From: Patescibacteria group bacterium
GTDB lineage: Bacteria > Patescibacteriota > Microgenomatia > Levybacterales > UBA12049
Direction: 5' to 3'
Assembly: GCA_035946335.1 (NCBI GenBank)
Contig: DASYZL010000022.1
Location: forward strand, 401 to 64,400
DNA: 64,000 bases
Below the pieces are notes generated by a model. It worked only from the letters and a program-made list of their open reading frames with translations, was not told the DNA's origin and made no database searches. Below, one piece after another: positions 19,509 through 29,448 of this stretch. A program made the position numbers and the translations under genes. Position 1 is the stretch's first letter. Every line of letters starts with the position of its first letter.

Positions 19509-21944
19509 TTAACACTCGGAATAACCACAATTAAAACACTTTTTGCATCCTTCCTGATAGGCGAATGCGGAAACACCGCATTCAGGACAAATATCGTACA
19601 GGTTTGTGTCAGTTGACGAAAGCTGTAACTGCTGTTGTCCATTTGGGATTTCATCATGCACAACATGCGTTTCTACCGCTGCAGGAATAACACCGTTATC
19701 CATAACATCTTGTATCATTTTTTTGTCTTCAACTTTTCCGTTCACGGAAAAACTGAAATGTTGCGCTAGAATTTTTGCGACAGCATCTGGTAAACTTCGC
19801 ACACGGTTTACGCCGAATCCGATACTTCGTGACCCACCGATGCCGGTAAGCTGCGCAACAACCTGTCGTATTCTTTCCCGCGGTTGCAACATACCATTTA
19901 AACGAAGGTTAAGGGAAATCATCCGTCCCAATGCATCTGCCATTGCCGCAACATCGGACCCGCTTTTACCGATGGTAATAAAGACTTCAAACGGTTGCTT
20001 ATCATCAGTGTGATTGATCGTAATGAATGTTTTTCCAACTGGGGTTTCTGTTTGATATGTCGCGCCTTCAATGCGTTGTGGCCTGGCAACAACCGGCATA
20101 ATAGGCAACACTGGTTGTACTGCAATAACCGGCGTTTCTTTTTTCGCTTTTTTGTCTTCAACGCGCTCCAATACACCTTGACGACTACCATCACGCATAT
20201 ACGTCACACCTTTTAGTCCATAGTCGTACGCTGCCATATAGAGTGTTTTAACATCTTCAACTGTATGAGAATTCGGCGCGTTGACGGTTTTAGATATAGA
20301 CGAATCAATATATTCCTGCGCCACTGCCTGAACTTTGACGTGTTCCAAAGGTGTCAAATCATTTGCCGATACAAAATAGTTTGGTTTTTCTTTATCAGGA
20401 TGGGCTTTTTTCCACTGATCAAACAGCGGATGATAGACAATCTCTTCTCCTCCCCTCCATCGTCTGAGGAAGGAAAATTCGTACACCGGCTCAACTCCCG
20501 AGGAAACACCTGAAACAAGCGATGTTGTCCCTGTTGGTGCAATCGTGAGTAGAACGGCATTCCGTATTCCCTGTTTTGCTATTTTCTGTTGGATATTTTT
20601 AGGAAGATTTTGGATATGGTAACCTTTGAGGTATTTTGCTTTGTTAAATTTGGGGAATGACCCTTTTTCCGCTGCTATTTCAGTACTCGCTTCATATGCG
20701 TTATCACGAAGCGTCTGGAAGATTTTATGGATAACCGGTAGGGATGCTTCTGAACCATACGCTAAATGCATTTTAATCAGTGTGTCACCGAGTCCCATGA
20801 TCCCCAAACCGGTTCTTCTGATATCTTTTGCACATTTTTCGTTTTCTTTGAAGAAATAGTAGGTTTGGTCAATAACATTATCTAATAGCCGCATGGCAAC
20901 TTTGACATCCTTACCGAATGCCTCATAATCAAACCATCCTGCCTTTTCTTTTGGCAGATCTGCATCTCTGACATATGCTGAGAGATTCATGGCGCCTAAA
21001 TTACAGACTGCCCAAGCTGATAACGGCTGTTCCCCGCACGGATTTGTTGCAATCAATTTTTCAAAATAAAAGGTATTTGACCGTTTATTTGACCGCTCCA
21101 TGAAATGGAGTCCTGGCTCTGCAGAACGCCAGGCAGCAGTACAGATAAGATCCCACAGGTATCGCGCTTGCACTGTTTTATGGACTTTTACTTTTTTTCC
21201 AAGTGCTCTCCATTCATCGATTTCACCGTTCCATTTTTCATCGTACTCAGGATCATCAATGTCAGGATATACCAGATCCCAGTCTTTATCGTTTTTTACT
21301 GCTTCCATGAACGCATCTGAAATACACACAGATAAATTTGCACCGTTAATTTTAGAGAGATCTTCTTTAACAGTAATAAATTCCTCAACATCCGGATGCC
21401 AATCCCACAGCATAATCATCGTTGCTCCGCGCCTCGAGCCACCTTGCTGAACCACATCATGGGTAGCATATGAGAAAAGCCCTGCCCAGGTTACCGGCCC
21501 TGAGGAGGTTCCATTCACTTTATGCACCCGCGCGCCACGAGGTCTCAATGAAGAAAGGTTCAGTCCAACACCACCGCTTCGGGATTGTATTTCAACGAGT
21601 TGCTTAAGAGACTCCAAAATACCATCCCGTGAATCTTTTGGAGACGGAATAACAAAACAGTTAAAGTAGGTCACTTGATAATTTGTACCTGCTCCAGAGA
21701 GGATTCTCCCACCCGGCACAAATTTGAAGTCACTCATTACATCATAAAATGCCTTTTCCCACTTTTTCCTGACAATTTGTTTCTCGTTTTGTGAAATACC
21801 CCACGCAACGCGTTTCCATGTTTCTTCAGGCGTATGCTCGGTGAGTACCCCATCTGCTGCGCGCAGCGCATACCTATCGAGAAAAACTTTTTCCCGCAAG
21901 GTTCCCACAAAATCTGGTTGGCTTGTTTGCTTTGTTTTATCCAT
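19509..21944 (-). CDS. nrdJ: adenosylcobalamin-dependent ribonucleotide reductase, class II, with TSCPD-type domain and C-terminal Zn ribbon
   Basis: FVPGGRIL, NCFV, GGSRRGA, TNPCGEQPL, CNLG, IAPTGT, SISKTVN, C-terminal CPECG...EGCKKCFNCGYSEC. Confidence 0.95.
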   Translation of the reverse strand: MDKTKQTSQPDFVGTLREKVFLDRYALRAADGVLTEHTPEETWKRVAWGISQNEKQIVRKKWEKAFYDVMSDFKFVPGGRILSGAGTNYQVTYFNCFVIPSPKDSRDGILESLKQLVEIQSRSGGVGLNLSSLRPRGARVHKVNGTSSGPVTWAGLFSYATHDVVQQGGSRRGATMIMLWDWHPDVEEFITVKEDLSKINGANLSVCISDAFMEAVKNDKDWDLVYPDIDDPEYDEKWNGEIDEWRALGKKVKVHKTVQARYLWDLICTAAWRSAEPGLHFMERSNKRSNTFYFEKLIATNPCGEQPLSAWAVCNLGAMNLSAYVRDADLPKEKAGWFDYEAFGKDVKVAMRLLDNVIDQTYYFFKENEKCAKDIRRTGLGIMGLGDTLIKMHLAYGSEASLPVIHKIFQTLRDNAYEASTEIAAEKGSFPKFNKAKYLKGYHIQNLPKNIQQKIAKQGIRNAVLLTIAPTGTTSLVSGVSSGVEPVYEFSFLRRWRGGEEIVYHPLFDQWKKAHPDKEKPNYFVSANDLTPLEHVKVQAVAQEYIDSSISKTVNAPNSHTVEDVKTLYMAAYDYGLKGVTYMRDGSRQGVLERVEDKKAKKETPVIAVQPVLPIMPVVARPQRIEGATYQTETPVGKTFITINHTDDKQPFEVFITIGKSGSDVAAMADALGRMISLNLRLNGMLQPRERIRQVVAQLTGIGGSRSIGFGVNRVRSLPDAVAKILAQHFSFSVNGKVEDKKMIQDVMDNGVIPAAVETHVVHDEIPNGQQQLQLSSTDTNLYDICPECGVSAFAYQEGCKKCFNCGYSEC

Positions 21945-21947
21945 ACG

Positions 21948-22397
21948 TTACTTTATTAATTTCTTTACTTCTTTCTCAAAATCTTCCACATCAACAAAGC
22001 GTTTGAAAACACTTGCAAAGCGGATGTATGCTACTTTGTCGAGTTTTTTCAATCGTTTTGCAACCATTTCACCTATCTCCTTGCTCTTCACTTCAACGCT
22101 ATCGCGACTTCTTAGTTCACGTTCTATGTCAGTCAACATTTTTTCAACTGTTTCAACGGAAATTTTTGTTTTCTCCGTTGAGGTAATCATGCCCCGTTTT
22201 AATTTTTCCCTGTTAAAGAGCTCTCGTCTACCATCTTTTTTCATGACATACAAATCAACATTTTCAATTCTTTCGTATGTCGTGAAGCGCTTACCGCAGG
22301 CGACGCAACTTCGCCGTCTCCTGATCGTCTCTAATTCTTCTTTGTCTCGTGTCTCAACAACTTCTGTTTGATGATTTCCGCAATATGGACACTTCAT
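21948..22397 (-). CDS. nrdR: transcriptional repressor NrdR
   Basis: MKCPYC, IRRRRSCVACGKRFTTYE, ATP-cone, VAYIRFASV. Confidence 0.98.
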   Translation of the reverse strand: MKCPYCGNHQTEVVETRDKEELETIRRRRSCVACGKRFTTYERIENVDLYVMKKDGRRELFNREKLKRGMITSTEKTKISVETVEKMLTDIERELRSRDSVEVKSKEIGEMVAKRLKKLDKVAYIRFASVFKRFVDVEDFEKEVKKLIK

Positions 22398-22414
22398 CGT
22401 TCCTTCACTCATGC

Positions 22415-22467
22415 CTGCTACATGTAGTGGTACAATCCATACTAGTGCACTATATATCCCCTGTCAA
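22415..22467 (-). promoter_or_regulatory. sigma70 promoter with tandem NrdR boxes
   Basis: TTGACA(22467-22462)-17-TAGTAT(22444-22439); NrdR-box cores CTACATGTAG (22418-22427) and degenerate CTATATATCC (22450-22459), 32 bp apart. Confidence 0.8.
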
Positions 22468-22575
22468 TAGACAAAAACTACATCAGAGACTATCACCTTC
22501 TCTTTTAGCTTCGTTTTTGTTTGTAAGAAAACGGAGAGAAATTATTGAGGAGAAAAAGAGTTCACTTCTTTTTCT

Positions 22576-23130
22576 TTACGCTTTCTTGAGAGCATCCAAT
22601 TGTTTGACAAATCCGTCAACCCTCTCTTCTTGTTGCTCAACAGCATGCTGAAATGATTTGTCTCTGGCGTGTGCAAAACCGGTAAGTATTTGTTCGTGTT
22701 TTGCAGCTGCCGTTGTCATTGTGCCAAGAAACCCGTTAATATCTTCTCCCTGTTTTTTTGCAATTGTCGCGTTTTCTATTGCATAGAAAAAATAATTCTC
22801 TGCTTTGGAAATAGTGTCAAGTGCAAGTTGCTCTTTTTGCGCTGTTCCCTGGAGCAAATACATGCTTGCGCTTAAGCGCTTGTCAGCTTGCAGTAAATCA
22901 AATGTTGCCTGTTGCTGTGGATCCGTAATAAAAATACTGACGAGTCTATCGCGTAATACTTTTAAGCCGTACAATGGATTATCAGGCAGAAGTCCTGGGT
23001 ATGGTAACGGATAGGTAATGACTTGTGGCGCAGGAGGAAGAGAGGGTGTAACTGTCAAAGGAATTTCTTGTGCACTTACCGGATAGGTAACCCAAAAAAA
23101 GAGGAGAATGAGAAGAAAGAGTTTTTTCAT
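22576..23130 (-). CDS. secreted helical protein (DUF5667-like)
   Basis: Signal peptide, LPYPGLLPDNPLYGLKVLRD, ADKRL motifs. Confidence 0.7.
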   Translation of the reverse strand: MKKLFLLILLFFWVTYPVSAQEIPLTVTPSLPPAPQVITYPLPYPGLLPDNPLYGLKVLRDRLVSIFITDPQQQATFDLLQADKRLSASMYLLQGTAQKEQLALDTISKAENYFFYAIENATIAKKQGEDINGFLGTMTTAAAKHEQILTGFAHARDKSFQHAVEQQEERVDGFVKQLDALKKA

Positions 23131-23198
23131 ACCCTGCCTATATAGAGTATAGCATAGGTAATTTTTTATTCCAAGAAAGCAAAGTAAAACTATGAGGT

Positions 23199-23801
23199 TT
23201 AGCTGACTGTGTTTTTAAAGCCAATTGCTGATAAAGCAGTATGGAGTGTTTGATCTTGATCATGCGAATATGTGTTAATAATCAAATCATAATATCGCTC
23301 GTCCCAGTAAACCCATCGGGTGTTATTGTTTGCATATAGCCGTTGCCATTTCTCTAAATCATTCTTCTCCCGCTCGAGTACTTCTTCCTTCGCTTCTTCG
23401 ATAGAAATGTGTTCCCTGTTGACTAACCTATCGATACGGATATTTGTCTGATCAACTCCATGCATATCCTGACATACAACAAGAATCTTAAAAATACCCT
23501 CAAGTCCCTGCGCATTAAACCCGGCGAGTTTTGTTTCAACAATAAGATGTGATTGTGTCTTTAAAATATTTTTCAGTGATTCATCAAAATCCCTGTCCTC
23601 CTCATCAGGACGCTTATTGGTATCTTTTTCGCTAAGGTGCATTTTTCGTCGTACCGCTTCCCAGAAGATTTCTCCCCCTTCAATATGTCGCCATCCCAAC
23701 GTCGCTGCGAGATGGTGGGCAAGTGTTGTGGAACCGGATGCTATTCGCCCTGATACCGTAATAAGCCGCATGCGTGATAAATCAACGGGACGATGTGTCA
23801 T
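23199..23801 (-). CDS. cmk: cytidylate kinase, archaeal-type / AAA_17 family
   Basis: ITVSGRIASGSTT P-loop, GGEIF, RE..D..W..LY, YDLIINT. Confidence 0.7.
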   Translation of the reverse strand: MTHRPVDLSRMRLITVSGRIASGSTTLAHHLAATLGWRHIEGGEIFWEAVRRKMHLSEKDTNKRPDEEDRDFDESLKNILKTQSHLIVETKLAGFNAQGLEGIFKILVVCQDMHGVDQTNIRIDRLVNREHISIEEAKEEVLEREKNDLEKWQRLYANNNTRWVYWDERYYDLIINTYSHDQDQTLHTALSAIGFKNTVS

Positions 23802-24841
23802 GACAGTTGTTCTCCTATAAGGATTGCCTCTTCCACCAGACGGTTAGAATATCCCCATTCGTTATCATACCAGGCAACTACTTTTACCATATTACCAGCA
23901 ACGACTTGTGTTAAAGATAAATCCACAATTGCCGAATGAGAATTTCCGATAATATCTGAGGAAACGAGAGGGTCATGAGTTACAGAAAGAATATGTTTAT
24001 TTGCATGGTGGCTTGCTGCCTTTATTAAGGCATCATTTACCTCGTCAAGGGTAACAGTTCTTTTTACTAGAAACGTAAAATCAGATAATGACCCTACTGA
24101 AACGGGCACTCTCAAGGAAAGGCCAGCAAATTTATCTTGCAATGGTTTATATGCCTGAGAGGCAGCAATGGTCGCACCAGTTGATGTCGGCACGATATTA
24201 TGTGCTGCCGCACGAGCCCGGCGGTAATCCTTGTGTCCACCATCCTGCAACTGCTGATCTGAAGTATATGCATGAATGGTTGTCATCATTGCTTTTTCAA
24301 TCCCGAATGCTTCATCGATCACTTTGGCCACTGGCGTAATGGAGTTAGTCGTACATGATGCATTACTGACAATTTGTTCATGCTTGTAGGCTTTTTCATT
24401 GACTGACAAAACAAATGTCGGCGTATCATCTTTTGCTGGCGCAGACATAACCACTGCTCTAGCCCCTGCTATAATATGCGCCATTGCTTTTTCTTTTGTG
24501 AGGAAATGTCCCGTAGCTTCAATCACCACATCAATGCCAATCTGACCCCACGGCAACAATGTTGCGTCTTTTTGAGAATAGACGGGGATCGTTTTCCCGT
24601 CAACAATGAGTTCTCCTAAAAAATCCGGCTTTGTCGTATCAATACTTGGTTTTACAGAAAGTTGATGATTAAGCATGCCATAGTTACTGTCAAATTGCAG
24701 CAGATACATCCATCCTTTTAAATCTGTTGAAGCACCAGCATTAATTGCAACGATGTCAGCATCTTTCTGATGCGCAGCTAAAATAACCCGGTGTGCAACT
24801 CTGCCGATTCGTCCATAACCGTTAATTGCAACACGTACCAT
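23798..24841 (-). CDS. gap: type I glyceraldehyde-3-phosphate dehydrogenase
   Basis: AINGYGRIGR, SNASCTTN, PTSTGA, WYDNEWGYS. Confidence 0.98.
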   Translation of the reverse strand: MVRVAINGYGRIGRVAHRVILAAHQKDADIVAINAGASTDLKGWMYLLQFDSNYGMLNHQLSVKPSIDTTKPDFLGELIVDGKTIPVYSQKDATLLPWGQIGIDVVIEATGHFLTKEKAMAHIIAGARAVVMSAPAKDDTPTFVLSVNEKAYKHEQIVSNASCTTNSITPVAKVIDEAFGIEKAMMTTIHAYTSDQQLQDGGHKDYRRARAAAHNIVPTSTGATIAASQAYKPLQDKFAGLSLRVPVSVGSLSDFTFLVKRTVTLDEVNDALIKAASHHANKHILSVTHDPLVSSDIIGNSHSAIVDLSLTQVVAGNMVKVVAWYDNEWGYSNRLVEEAILIGEQLS

Positions 24842-24914
24842 TTACTATGAGTATAGAAGAGAAAAACTCCCTGAGCAAGAGGAAAAGTAGCATGACTTTT
24901 GCTACAATGCATCC

Positions 24915-26156
24915 ATGCAACGATTTGAACGCAATATCAAGCTATTTTATGTCTTCAATTTTTTTATCGGCTTACTTTTTAGTATACCTATTTGGGTTGC
25001 TTTTGAACACCGAATTCTTACCTTTGGGCAAATGGCTTTGTTTAGCGCAATCAGTACTGCCATTGAAACCTTTTTACAGATTCCAACCGGCGCAATTGCA
25101 GATATGATGGGAAGAAAATCAGCGCTTATTATTGGCTGGATGACACTCGCTGTTTTGTATCTTTTTGAAGCGTACGCTAAAACACCATTACAGTTTTTCC
25201 TCATATTTGCATTTGCTGGTGCGGCAACATCATTAAGTAGCGGAGCTGATGTTGCACTGGTATATGACTCATTACAAGCTATGAAAAAAGAAGGCATGTT
25301 TTCTTTGGTTGTTGCAAAGGCAAAATTTTGGTATCGCATCTCGATGGCTGCAGCAACCCTTATCGGCGGCTATTTGTTTCTGACAAATATCAGCTTTCCC
25401 TACGTTGGACAAGCCATTGCATTTCTTATTGGAATAATCCTTCTTTTTCTCATGTATGAACCTACGGTTTCAATAAAACGTTCAATAAGTATAACAATGT
25501 ATATACGTCATATGCACCAAGGCTTTACTGAACTTTTTAAAAACAGCTACATGGTAAAACTCACGATTTTTTATTCGCTGATTGGCGCTATTACATGGTC
25601 ATGTCTCAATTATTATAATTTGACATTTATGAGTGATATCGGTTTCTCTACGAAGGAATTAGCTGTCTTTTTTGCACTTGCCTATATTATCAGTGCGTTT
25701 GTCATTTACTTTCTTGCAAAGCTACCTATTACACTAACAAGAGAACATATTTATCTCGGATTTCCACTTCTGATGAGCCTTTCGCTGCTGCCGGGAGTTT
25801 TCGCTAATCATGTCATTGCGCCTCTTATGCTTATTGTTACACAAATAACCGGCGGCGCACGATTCACTCTCTTAGATAGATATGCCAATCAGGAATTTTC
25901 TTCCCGGTACCGGGCAACGGCAAACTCTGCTCTCAATATGCTGGTAAGCATATGCTATATTGTGTTAGTAACGCTTGGTGGACAATTTCAAGACACATAC
26001 GGAACAAAGATTATTTATACTATGCTTGGTGTTTTAACTGTCCTTTTCGTTTTGCCAAGCAGCATTACTCTTCTCATATCTCACAGAAAAGGTCTATCGC
26101 AAATGATTGCTGTGAAAACAGCTATAGTTGAGGAAAACGAGCAAAAAGAAATTTAG
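24915..26156 (+). CDS. MFS transporter
   Basis: About 12 TM helices, QIPTGAIADMMGRK motif A, SGADVALVYDSL. Confidence 0.92.
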   Translation: MQRFERNIKLFYVFNFFIGLLFSIPIWVAFEHRILTFGQMALFSAISTAIETFLQIPTGAIADMMGRKSALIIGWMTLAVLYLFEAYAKTPLQFFLIFAFAGAATSLSSGADVALVYDSLQAMKKEGMFSLVVAKAKFWYRISMAAATLIGGYLFLTNISFPYVGQAIAFLIGIILLFLMYEPTVSIKRSISITMYIRHMHQGFTELFKNSYMVKLTIFYSLIGAITWSCLNYYNLTFMSDIGFSTKELAVFFALAYIISAFVIYFLAKLPITLTREHIYLGFPLLMSLSLLPGVFANHVIAPLMLIVTQITGGARFTLLDRYANQEFSSRYRATANSALNMLVSICYIVLVTLGGQFQDTYGTKIIYTMLGVLTVLFVLPSSITLLISHRKGLSQMIAVKTAIVEENEQKEI

Positions 26157-27142
26157 TCGGTAAACTCCTGCACAAACATTTCTCCGTAAATTCCCGCATT
26201 AATGACCCCAATGCCAACCCGGCGAAAATTTGCTGAGAGAATATTGGCCCGATGCCCAGGACTATTCATGAGGCCTTGCATTGCAAGATCGGTGTTAGCA
26301 GAAAATGCAAGATTTTCTCCTGCATATTGAAAAATAATATCGCGCTGGCTCATCCGGTCGAACGGCGACAACCCGTCTGGCGTATAGTGAGAAAAGTATC
26401 CATGAGACAATAAATATTGTCCATAGTATTCAGCAAGCTGCTTAAGTTTTTGATCGACAACAAGCGTTTGTTCTCCACGTTTTACCCGTTCACCGTTAAT
26501 CATTATCAGCATTTGTTCTTCGGCCGATCCGTCAACCTCACCATTACTCACGGTAAAACCTAGAGATATACTCGTGTTTGCTTGCGGTTCAACTGTTAAG
26601 AAATTAATGGTATCATTTGCTGCCCCACCGAAAATTGTAGCTAATTCTCTCTCGACAACTTGCGAACGATCAACAAGAAATGAACCTATCTGCGATGATG
26701 CAATTGCATTTTTGAGAAACGGTGAAACCGGTAAAGCAGTGATGACAGTAAGTAAAAACATCAACAAAATGATACCGGAAAGCACACCAGGAAATATACC
26801 TAAAAAATTGCTCAACCAAGAAGAAATGAATTGATTTTCAATCATTTCTCTGTTAACCTTTTTTACAAAATTCTTGAGGAGCACATGGCACATAAGCTCA
26901 ACGATAACTGCAACGATAAAAAACGCGGCGGCATTTGCATATCCCTTAGACATATGGAGATACCTCATAAGATATGGGACAATAAAAGCATATCCCTTAA
27001 GTCCTGCAAGAAATGAGATAACAAATTTTACAAAATCAAATAACGCATAGACAACACCAAATCCATATCCTTCGACCGCGTACAAAGCGAGTACGGTAAG
27101 AATAACAGCATCAATCCAGGTTAAATGTATTTGTTGTTGCAT
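26153..27142 (-). CDS. CvpA-like membrane domain fused to CAP (SCP) domain
   Basis: N-terminal WIDAVIL..GY..G TM bundle; C-terminal INGER, YFSH, GENLA, MNSPGHRANIL, GIG, QEF. Confidence 0.88.
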   Translation of the reverse strand: MQQQIHLTWIDAVILTVLALYAVEGYGFGVVYALFDFVKFVISFLAGLKGYAFIVPYLMRYLHMSKGYANAAAFFIVAVIVELMCHVLLKNFVKKVNREMIENQFISSWLSNFLGIFPGVLSGIILLMFLLTVITALPVSPFLKNAIASSQIGSFLVDRSQVVERELATIFGGAANDTINFLTVEPQANTSISLGFTVSNGEVDGSAEEQMLIMINGERVKRGEQTLVVDQKLKQLAEYYGQYLLSHGYFSHYTPDGLSPFDRMSQRDIIFQYAGENLAFSANTDLAMQGLMNSPGHRANILSANFRRVGIGVINAGIYGEMFVQEFTD

Positions 27143-27208
27143 TAGAAGAACCGCTTGCATAGAACGCCTTTTCTTGTCAGTCTTTTCTTCTCATGGTATG
27201 ATGAACGA

Positions 27209-29377
27209 GTGAAAAAAACAAGCAAGAATGTGTTCCAGCGGCTTGGCGTCAAATATATTAAAGTATTTATTCCCCTTGTCATTCTTGCTTTTCTTTTTTA
27301 TTTTTTTGTTCTGCGCGACTTACCTTCACCAACTCGTCTTGCAAATCCTAATTTACCACAATCAACGCAAATTTATGACAGAAACGGTACTCTGTTGTAT
27401 ACAGTATATGGAAGTAAAAATCAAACCTTTCTCCCCCTGTCAGTCATTCCGGCAAATGTACAGGATGCAACCATCGCCATTGAAGATAAAGATTTTTATC
27501 ATCACGGACCAATTGACTTTCGTGGCATCGCTCGAGCCCTCTACGTTATTCTGTTTCATAAAGAAATTCAAGGTGGTTCAACAATTACTCAGCAGCTGGT
27601 AAAGAATACTCTTCTTTCCCCCGAGCAAACCGTCACCCGAAAAATCCGGGAGATCATTCTTTCTTTTGCAACGGAACTCCTCTATTCCAAACAGAAAATT
27701 CTCGAACTCTATCTTAATCAAATTCCCTATGGAGGTACTGCCTACGGTATCGAAGCAGCATCCGAAACATACTTCGGTAAACATGCCAAAGATCTGGACC
27801 TTGCGCAAAGCGCACTTCTCGCAGGACTTCCTGAAGCACCAAGTGTATATTCACCGTTTGGTTCGCATCCTGAATTTGCAAAACAGAGGCAGATGGAAGT
27901 GCTGAACGCAATGCAACAACAGGGATACATTACGAAAGCGCAGAAAGAAGGTGCCGTGATAGAACCACTCGTATATACAAAAGTCAGCAGCAGTATCCGT
28001 GCACCGCATTTTGTATTGTATATAAAAGATTTACTGATTAAGCAATTTGGCGAGCAACTGGTTGAACAAGGTGGACTTAAGGTAATTACCAGTCTTGATT
28101 TGCCTGTGCAAAATATGGTTCAGGCCTCTGTTGCTGGAGAAGTTGCGCAACTGGGTGCTTATCATGTTACCAACGGCGCAGCGGTTGTTACTGATCCGGC
28201 AACAGGAGAAATTCTCGCAATGGTTGGCAGTAAGGATTATTTTGCAACTGACATTGATGGGAATGTAAATGTAGCGCTTGCACTACGACAACCAGGTTCT
28301 TCAATAAAACCCGTCAACTACGTTGACGGGTTATTGCATGGTTATACTGCTGCAACAGCATTTGTTGATCAGGCAATTTGCTTTCCCGATCCACCTGCCA
28401 CTCCATATTGTCCGGTCAACTATGACGGGAAATTCCATGGACTCGTCCAAATGCGCTACGCCCTTGGAAATTCTTTTAATATTCCTGCTGTTGAAATGCT
28501 CAAGGCAAATGGTGTTCAATCAATGCTTGACCTAGCAAGGCAGATGGGCATCAGCTCATGGGGAAACAATGCTGATCACTATGGACTATCCATGACATTA
28601 GGTGGAGCTGATGTAACGATGCTGGATATGGCAACTGTGTATGGCGTTTTTGCTAATGATGGCTATCGGATAGATTTACAACCAATTCTCTCTGTTACTG
28701 ACAGCAACGGAAACATGTTAGAACAATATACTCCTCCGGCAAGTGCACTATTTGGAACGAAGGTTCTCCCGGAAGGATATTCGTTTATTATCTCTGATAT
28801 TCTTGCTGATAATGGTGCGCGTCTTGCTGATTTCGGAGCTACTTCTGCATTATATATCCCCCAGAGGTATGTACCGGTAAAAACCGGAACGACCAATGAT
28901 TTCCGTGACAACTGGACAGATGGTTATACACCAAACTATGTTGTCATTGTGTGGGTTGGCAATAATGATAATTCGCCGATGAGCGGTCTGGCATCCGGGA
29001 TTACCGGTGCAGCACCAATCTGGCATGATATTATGACCCAACTGTTGCAGAAAAATTCTTCAACCGCTATCAAACATCCAACCAATGTAGTATCACGAAA
29101 GGTATGTTCTACTGACGGCCTTCTTCCTCCACCTGACGGAACGCCAAATGCGTGCCCAACCCGCTTTGAGTATTTCATCCAGGGAAAAGAACCAAAGCAA
29201 ACAGAAGCTAGTCTTAACCAAAACATATGGATTGATAAAACAACACAGGATATTGCAAAACCAGGCCAAACAGATAATATTGAAGCAAAATTCGAAACCG
29301 TATATAAAGACCCAGATGGCAATCAGTACTGCCTTACGTGTCCGCATCCAACCTCTGCCCCGACACCGACACCATAA
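27209..29377 (+). CDS. class A penicillin-binding protein (PBP1A family), copy 1
   Basis: EDKDFYHH, GGSTITQQLVK, RKIRE, SSIK, SFN, KTGT; GTG start 6 nt after TGGTATGAT. Confidence 0.95.
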   Translation: MKKTSKNVFQRLGVKYIKVFIPLVILAFLFYFFVLRDLPSPTRLANPNLPQSTQIYDRNGTLLYTVYGSKNQTFLPLSVIPANVQDATIAIEDKDFYHHGPIDFRGIARALYVILFHKEIQGGSTITQQLVKNTLLSPEQTVTRKIREIILSFATELLYSKQKILELYLNQIPYGGTAYGIEAASETYFGKHAKDLDLAQSALLAGLPEAPSVYSPFGSHPEFAKQRQMEVLNAMQQQGYITKAQKEGAVIEPLVYTKVSSSIRAPHFVLYIKDLLIKQFGEQLVEQGGLKVITSLDLPVQNMVQASVAGEVAQLGAYHVTNGAAVVTDPATGEILAMVGSKDYFATDIDGNVNVALALRQPGSSIKPVNYVDGLLHGYTAATAFVDQAICFPDPPATPYCPVNYDGKFHGLVQMRYALGNSFNIPAVEMLKANGVQSMLDLARQMGISSWGNNADHYGLSMTLGGADVTMLDMATVYGVFANDGYRIDLQPILSVTDSNGNMLEQYTPPASALFGTKVLPEGYSFIISDILADNGARLADFGATSALYIPQRYVPVKTGTTNDFRDNWTDGYTPNYVVIVWVGNNDNSPMSGLASGITGAAPIWHDIMTQLLQKNSSTAIKHPTNVVSRKVCSTDGLLPPPDGTPNACPTRFEYFIQGKEPKQTEASLNQNIWIDKTTQDIAKPGQTDNIEAKFETVYKDPDGNQYCLTCPHPTSAPTPTP

Positions 29378-29448
29378 ACCAAAATGCTTGTGGTTTTTCT
29401 TTGAAGAGTACTTTATACTATTGACGAGTTTTTCCTGTGCTAGAGGAT

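Noticed and set aside
23199-23801. Walker A lacking Lys (GSTT) as a sign of an inactive kinase
   Set aside because: Ser/Thr at this position is common in archaeal-type cytidylate kinases.
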